Sequence record: ON528736 | Length of the DNA: 64,000 nucleotides | Source: Shigella phage ESh26 | Direction: 5' to 3' (one strand) | Part shown: positions 58,860 to 64,000 of the stretch, piece by piece | How positions within the stretch are numbered: the stretch's first letter is position 1 | Layout of the letters: each line of letters starts with the position of its first letter | Made by a program: the position numbers and the translations under genes | Notes under the pieces: model-generated | What the model was told of the DNA's origin: nothing | The model's input: the letters and a program-made list of their open reading frames with translations, nothing else | Database searches by the model: none

Positions 58860-58972
58860 ATTAATACCTACTCCAACAATCAAGATGTCTTCACACGAAA
58901 TTAAGAGAAGAGTGATCAGTTCAACCCTATAATCGCGTCAAGTAGATATTAATGTGACAGTTGTCACAAATT

Positions 58973-59047
58973 TGGCGGACGTGATAGGATTCGAACCTAT
59001 AACCAATCGCTTAACAGGCGATCGCTCTGCCATTGAGCTACACATCC
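58973..59047 (-). tRNA. tRNA-Asn (anticodon GTT)
   Basis: Manual cloverleaf: acceptor GGATGTG/CACGTCC, loop CTGTTAA, T-loop TTCGAAT, encoded CCA. Confidence 0.8.
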
Positions 59048-59051
59048 AAAT

Positions 59052-59138
59052 TGGTGGGGAGTGATGGAGTCGAACCACCCGAGTCGCAATGACAATGGAT
59101 TTACAGTCCACACCGCTACCTCTACGGGATAACTCCCC
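59052..59138 (-). tRNA. tRNA-Tyr (anticodon GTA), long variable arm
   Basis: 87 nt; acceptor GGGGAGT/ACTCCCC, loop CTGTAAA, T-loop TTCGACT, encoded CCA. Confidence 0.75.
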
Positions 59139-59151
59139 TTAATTCTTAATT

Positions 59152-59226
59152 TGGTGGCCCTGGGTGGAATTGAACCACCATCTGGCGATTATGAGTCGCT
59201 TGCTTGAACCTTCCAGCTACAGGGCC
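59152..59226 (-). tRNA. tRNA with anticodon CAT (Ile-lysidine type as in T4, or Met)
   Basis: Acceptor GGCCCTG/CAGGGCC, loop CTCATAA, T-loop TTCAATT, encoded CCA; position after tRNA-Thr. Confidence 0.75.
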
Positions 59227-59227
59227 T

Positions 59228-59303
59228 TGGTGCTGATTGACGGAATCGAACCGCCGACCTTCTCATTACAAGTGAGTTGCTCTACCTACTGAGCTAAATC
59301 AGC
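59228..59303 (-). tRNA. tRNA-Thr (anticodon TGT)
   Basis: GCTGATTTAGCTCAGTAGGTAGAGC...CTTGTAA...GGTTCGATTCC...CAATCAGCACCA. Confidence 0.9.
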
Positions 59304-59308
59304 AAAAC

Positions 59309-59398
59309 TGGCGGAGGCGATAGGATTTGAACCTATGAGTCGCCGGAGCGACTGCCGGTTTTCAAGACCGGTGCATTAAACCACTCTGCCACGCCTCC
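59309..59398 (-). tRNA. tRNA-Ser (anticodon TGA), long variable arm
   Basis: 90 nt; GGAGGCGTGGCAGAGTGG...CTTGAAA...GGTTCAAATCC...CGCCTCCGCCA. Confidence 0.9.
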
Positions 59399-59400
59399 AG

Positions 59401-59474
59401 TCTCCATACAAGGATTTGAACCTTGGACCTCCTGATCCCAAATCAGGCGCTCTACCAAACTGAGCTACACGGAG
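59401..59474 (-). tRNA. tRNA-Pro (anticodon TGG), CCA not encoded
   Basis: CTCCGTGTAGCTCAGTTTGGTAGAGC...TTTGGGA...GGTTCAAATCC; 2 nt from tRNA-Ser (dimeric precursor as in T4). Confidence 0.88.
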
Positions 59475-59484
59475 TAAATTAAAT

Positions 59485-59558
<74 letters not shown>

Positions 59559-59563
59559 AAATT

Positions 59564-59650
59564 TGGTGCGAGAAGTGGGACTCGAACCCACAAGGAAATC
59601 ATTCCGCAGCATTTTAAGTGCTGTGCCTTTACCAATTTGGCCATTCTCGC
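59564..59650 (-). tRNA. tRNA-Leu (anticodon TAA), long variable arm
   Basis: 87 nt; GCGAGAATGGCCAAATTGGTAAAGGC...CTTAAAA...GGGTTCGAGTCCC...CGCACCA. Confidence 0.9.
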
Positions 59651-59651
59651 G

Positions 59652-59724
59652 CTGGGAATAAAGGACTCGAACCTTTGCATCCTGGAATCAAAATCCAGTG
59701 CCTTACCAACTTGGCTAATTCCCA
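59652..59724 (-). tRNA. tRNA-Gln (anticodon TTG), CCA not fully encoded
   Basis: TGGGAATTAGCCAAGTTGG...TTTTGAT...GGTTCGAGTCC...ATTCCCAG; abuts tRNA-Leu. Confidence 0.88.
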
Positions 59725-59821
59725 ATTATTAACAAAGGCTCTTAAGCAAGAACCCTTGATGATAGAGGGTATTAATCAGTGCGATATGAGTTAATAATAA
59801 CAAATAATTCTTAAAGCATAT

Positions 59822-60109
59822 TTACCATTTATGATAATACATATTTACGATGCATTCAAGACCCAAAGGATTCTTGAAAATATCATATTCAAGAGGACCT
59901 TTTTCTGTTTCAATAAAGAAATCAAAATTTACTGTATTAAATTTACGGTCTTCCTTTACTAATTTAACTTGAGAAGATGAACGGTCAATGTAAACCTTTT
60001 CAACTTCAAAACATGTTAAAATGCCATAATCATCAATCAAGGCTTTAGCTGCTTCTTGATCATATTTATATCCATTTTCAATGGATGATACTTTCGCATA
60101 AAGAATCAT
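59822..60109 (-). CDS. hypothetical protein
   Basis: 95-aa ORF upstream of tRNA cluster. Confidence 0.45.
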   Translation of the reverse strand: MILYAKVSSIENGYKYDQEAAKALIDDYGILTCFEVEKVYIDRSSSQVKLVKEDRKFNTVNFDFFIETEKGPLEYDIFKNPLGLECIVNMYYHKW

Positions 60110-60111
60110 TA

Positions 60112-60555
60112 TTAACCTTTATCAACAATAGTATGTGTATTGGCATTTACGATTTGCCACCAATCGAAACTATCGCCAAATCGTTTTGATTTATTGTCTT
60201 CAATAATTTGGCGTAATTCATCTTCTGTTTCAGCATACGCAATCAAATCATCATATCCACCACAAGGATAGTAATTATCGCCTGCGAACAAAAGAAAATT
60301 TACTTTAGATGGGTCTACATAATAATGCTCTTTAGGATATTTAGTTCCTCTCCAATCAGTTACTTCAACATAACGATAAGAAAATCCATTTTTACTTTCA
60401 ATCCAACTCCACGCTTCAAAAGGAGTATTAAAAACTTTATCAGGTATTAAATTACCTTCAAAATGAGAAGGATTTGCATAATCCCCAGCATAAACATAGT
60501 ATTCGTTAATACTCACACTCATTCTATTCACCTTTAGAAATTTTATCCATAACAA
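60112..60555 (-). CDS. hypothetical protein
   Basis: 147-aa ORF. Confidence 0.5.
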   Translation of the reverse strand: MLWIKFLKVNRMSVSINEYYVYAGDYANPSHFEGNLIPDKVFNTPFEAWSWIESKNGFSYRYVEVTDWRGTKYPKEHYYVDPSKVNFLLFAGDNYYPCGGYDDLIAYAETEDELRQIIEDNKSKRFGDSFDWWQIVNANTHTIVDKG

Positions 60556-60709
60556 TAGCTATTAAACCAATTAAAAATGCTACTACAAGTGAAAAAACAT
60601 TTTCTGCTGTAGTCAATAATCCGCATATAAATCCAACAAACATTGAAAAACTAAAAGCGGAAGCAGAAATTGCAATAGCAACATTTCGAATTAATTCACA
60701 ACGTTTCAT
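60524..60709 (-). CDS. small membrane protein
   Basis: Start at MKRCELIRN after promoter 60736-60769. Confidence 0.4.
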   Translation of the reverse strand: MKRCELIRNVAIAISASAFSFSMFVGFICGLLTTAENVFSLVVAFLIGLIAIVMDKISKGE

Positions 60710-60735
60710 TTTATTCTCCTCAGTAGTTGATGAGA

Positions 60736-60769
60736 TAATAGTATCACTACCCCATCTAAAAGTAAACTT
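60736..60769 (-). promoter_or_regulatory. early promoter
   Basis: gtaaac 60762-60767, atagta 60738-60743. Confidence 0.5.
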
Positions 60770-61001
60770 ATTTTTTACGAAAAATTGATTTATTTTCTGC
60801 TGCCCATTTTTCAATAACTGCAGCAGGACCAGTAACAACAATTTTATCACCGTAATCTTCTGCGGCGAGTTGACCGAAATTATCTAATGCATCACGAAGA
60901 ACTCCATAAGGCATTTCACCCATTTTATCTTTCTTGCCAGTGTAAATAAACTCAACTTTTACATCAGAAGATTCAGCGATAAACTCTTTGAAAGTTTTCA
61001 T
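60768..61001 (-). CDS. internal-protein-like small protein
   Basis: Start at MKTFKEFIAESSD (CTS-like); promoter 61034-61067. Confidence 0.55.
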   Translation of the reverse strand: MKTFKEFIAESSDVKVEFIYTGKKDKMGEMPYGVLRDALDNFGQLAAEDYGDKIVVTGPAAVIEKWAAENKSIFRKK

Positions 61002-61033
61002 TTTGATTTCCATTTGATTTTGTTTTGATAGGG

Positions 61034-61067
61034 TAATAGTATCACTACTAAAACCCTGTGTAAACAA
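61034..61067 (-). promoter_or_regulatory. early promoter upstream of IP-like gene
   Basis: gtaaac 61060-61065, atagta 61036-61041. Confidence 0.5.
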
Positions 61068-61077
61068 CTTTGTGAAA

Positions 61078-61335
61078 TTATTTTAAATCTTCTAATCGTT
61101 TCTTCATCTTAGAACCATTTTTAGCAATTTCTCCTGCATCGGAGCATAACGCTAAAAGTGCTTTAACTTTAGTTTGGTCTCCTTTAAAAGATGAAGGATC
61201 GACTGCAGCAGCAAGTTCTTTAATACGAGAGAAAAGACGCTCAGCTTCAGCTAAAGCCATTCCAAGCTTTACTTCCATACCGTGAGAAGATTCAGTGATA
61301 GTAGTTTTTGTAGCAAACTCTTTGAAAGTTTTCAT
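61078..61335 (-). CDS. internal-protein-like small protein (ipI position)
   Basis: 85 aa; MKTFKEFATKTT; promoter 61364-61397; adjacent to 57B. Confidence 0.55.
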   Translation of the reverse strand: MKTFKEFATKTTITESSHGMEVKLGMALAEAERLFSRIKELAAAVDPSSFKGDQTKVKALLALCSDAGEIAKNGSKMKKRLEDLK

Positions 61336-61363
61336 TTTATTTTCCTAATTAATTTTGATGAGA

Positions 61364-61397
61364 TAATAGTATCACTACCTCATCAGCATGTAAACAA
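61364..61397 (-). promoter_or_regulatory. early promoter upstream of IP-like gene
   Basis: gtaaac 61390-61395, atagta 61366-61371. Confidence 0.5.
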
Positions 61398-61407
61398 CTT
61401 TGTGAAA

Positions 61408-62104
<697 letters not shown>

Positions 62105-62105
<1 letters not shown>

Positions 62106-62818
62106 TATAGTACCTTTAGTGTATTTTTAATTTTAGAAAAAAGTTCTTCAAGAGAACCATCGTTTGTAATTACTAAATCGCCATCACGAATTGGCAATCC
62201 AGCTTCTGTAATATGTGTATCATTGGATTTTTGACCAGGACGAACTACATGAATTACTGTAGCACCCATCGCCCTAGCCGCATCCATTTCATGATCTTGA
62301 CGAGTATCAGGAACGATATAATAATCATAACCTGAGTTAAATTTATCAAGATAATCTAAAGCAAATAATTTTACCCAATACATGCGGTCGAAGTTATTAA
62401 CAATCAAATCCGTACCTAGGGCTTGCATCAGACGACGGACTGACCATTGATCTTCAATATTATTTATAACGTCAGCAATCTTGTTAAATGCTACGAAATT
62501 AACTGCGTCATCAAAAACAAACACACCTTTAATTGGGCTTTTACTATTAAGATAGCAAAATGCTTGTTCCATAATCGTAATTACTTCTAATTTAGTCAGA
62601 TTTAAATTAGTTTCACGATCATAGTCAATTCCTTCAAACTCTTTACGAGTTAAGCAAGGATAATCAGTGTTTGCTGCAAATACGCCCCATGCATAAGCCA
62701 ATGCATCCTTAATAGGACCAGCAAGTTGATATTTAACTGCAGAATAATTTTTCATGATAAAATCTGCAGTAGTATCTTTTCCACTACGCTTTACACCACT
62801 TAAAAAGATTAGTTTCAT
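62105..62818 (-). CDS. 1: deoxynucleoside monophosphate kinase gp1
   Basis: 237 aa; P-loop GVKRSGKDT. Confidence 0.9.
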
Positions 62819-62867
62819 ATGTTTCTCCTCAAATTTAGTTAAGATTATAACACATGAAACTGAAGCA

Positions 62868-63398
62868 TTAAACTTCTGCTATAATTTTGCCATCTTTTTC
62901 TACTTGAAAATACATATAAGGAATCGTTGCTGTGCATACTAAGGCTGGGTCTGAATCTTCCGTGTAGCTAAATTCTACTTCAGAGAGGTCAGAAACCCAA
63001 GGCTTATAAAAATTTATTGACATCACGATTTCAGTTTTACTATTATCTAAAATGTAAAGCGTAATGTATTCAGGACCTGTTTTTTGGGCAGTATTTTCGC
63101 CTGTAAGATAGTTACTAGTTCCTAGCATCCATTCATACATTCCTATCCACGACTTAAGCTCTTCATCAACTATAAATCTCACGATGAGTGGATCATACTC
63201 AAATGTAACTCCTGGACGCTGTGCTCGGCCTAGTCCAAACGGCCCAGTCACGGTATCAGTAACAGGTATCCTAATTCCTGGAATAGGAACTGACTGAGCA
63301 TTTAAAGTAAAAGCAGATGTAGTATTACTATGCGGTATTGATACTACAAAGTTAGTTGTATTTGCTTGGTTAAAAATTTGTTGTAGTGCTTGCGACAT
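62868..63398 (-). CDS. 3: tail completion / sheath stabiliser gp3
   Basis: Start at MSQALQQIFNQANTTNF (176 aa, GAGGAA RBS) rather than the 203-aa ORF start. Confidence 0.8.
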   Translation of the reverse strand: MSQALQQIFNQANTTNFVVSIPHSNTTSAFTLNAQSVPIPGIRIPVTDTVTGPFGLGRAQRPGVTFEYDPLIVRFIVDEELKSWIGMYEWMLGTSNYLTGENTAQKTGPEYITLYILDNSKTEIVMSINFYKPWVSDLSEVEFSYTEDSDPALVCTATIPYMYFQVEKDGKIIAEV

Positions 63399-63504
63399 AT
63401 ATTCCTCATAATGCTTCATAAATGTTGGTGGTATAATGGGTCTAAGTCCCTTCCATTCAATTCCAATTAGAACAAACAATAGAAAAGAATGGAAGATAAT
63501 AGAA

Positions 63505-64000
63505 TTAATTTATTAGACTTCTTAAACGAGCAGAAGTCATAAATGGAAATTTTTCTAAAGTTGGCTTTCGCCAATATCTTGGATGACAAGTTGATTTAAA
63601 ATCAAGAACAATTTTCTTTGCTTCATCAATAGTGTTAACTCCAAAGTTATCTAACATTATTTTCTTTTCTTTTTCCCACCGTTTATTAGCTAAAGCAGAT
63701 TGAAGCTTTTTGTTTTTAAATGTGTCATTTTTTCTAGAATGAGTTGTGCCTTGTGTCGGACTCCATCCTCTTCCTAAAATAAATCCCTCAGGAATTATAT
63801 CTCCATCATGTAATTTTATACATCTTTTACCATTATTATAATATTTTCGTCCAGTTTGTGTATTTGAAATATTATTTGCATGTTTTCTTTTTAACCAACC
63901 ATAAACTTTATTATTTCTCCTAACATATTTAGTTGAAACCGTCATTTTTATGGCTGCATAAGATAATTTTAAAGAATTTGGGTGTATTTTTACTAATAGC
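63505..64000 (-). CDS. homing-endonuclease-like protein, C-terminal DNA-binding part; frame open to window end
   Basis: Basic ORF with YYNNGKRCIKLHDGDIIPEGFILGRGW; no in-frame stop between ATG 63945 and position 64000. Confidence 0.4.
   Translation of the reverse strand, partial: LLVKIHPNSLKLSYAAIKMTVSTKYVRRNNKVYGWLKRKHANNISNTQTGRKYYNNGKRCIKLHDGDIIPEGFILGRGWSPTQGTTHSRKNDTFKNKKLQSALANKRWEKEKKIMLDNFGVNTIDEAKKIVLDFKSTCHPRYWRKPTLEKFPFMTSARLRSLIN

Noticed and set aside
62868-63479. 203-aa version of gene 3
   Set aside because: Internal MSQALQQ start with RBS gives the 176-aa size expected for gp3

Overview
This window is a contiguous 64-kb segment of a T4-like (T-even) myovirus genome. In T4 map order it runs from dda through modA/modB, soc, 56, 61, sp, dmd, 41, 40, uvsX, 42, imm, 43, regA, 62, 44, 45, 46, 47, alpha-gt, 55, nrdH/G/D, 49, nrdC, rI, tk, regB, denV, e (lysozyme), nudE, internal-protein genes, a tRNA cluster, 57B, 57A, 1 and 3. 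All convincing genes but one are on the minus strand. Intergenic spaces carry a recurring early-promoter cassette (GTTTAC-N18-TATAGT/TATAAT read on the minus strand), stable-hairpin terminators and a few late promoters (TATAAATA). Gene identities rest on my recollection of T4 protein sequences and lengths plus motifs read in the ORF translations; no database search was run. Differences from T4 as I remember it: a GT-A-type glycosyltransferase where beta-gt sits, an intron-less nrdD, 11 tRNAs instead of 8, relocated and diversified internal-protein genes, and several accessory blocks of uncharacterised genes. The most interesting of these are a nucleotidyltransferase, an array of four coiled-coil paralogs, a macro-domain protein, a membrane-protein family with a shared C-terminal motif, and a structured GC-rich RNA region after the tRNA operon. 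I did not find a single self-evident novel multi-gene system; these are candidates. No CRISPR array, integrase or transposon was seen.
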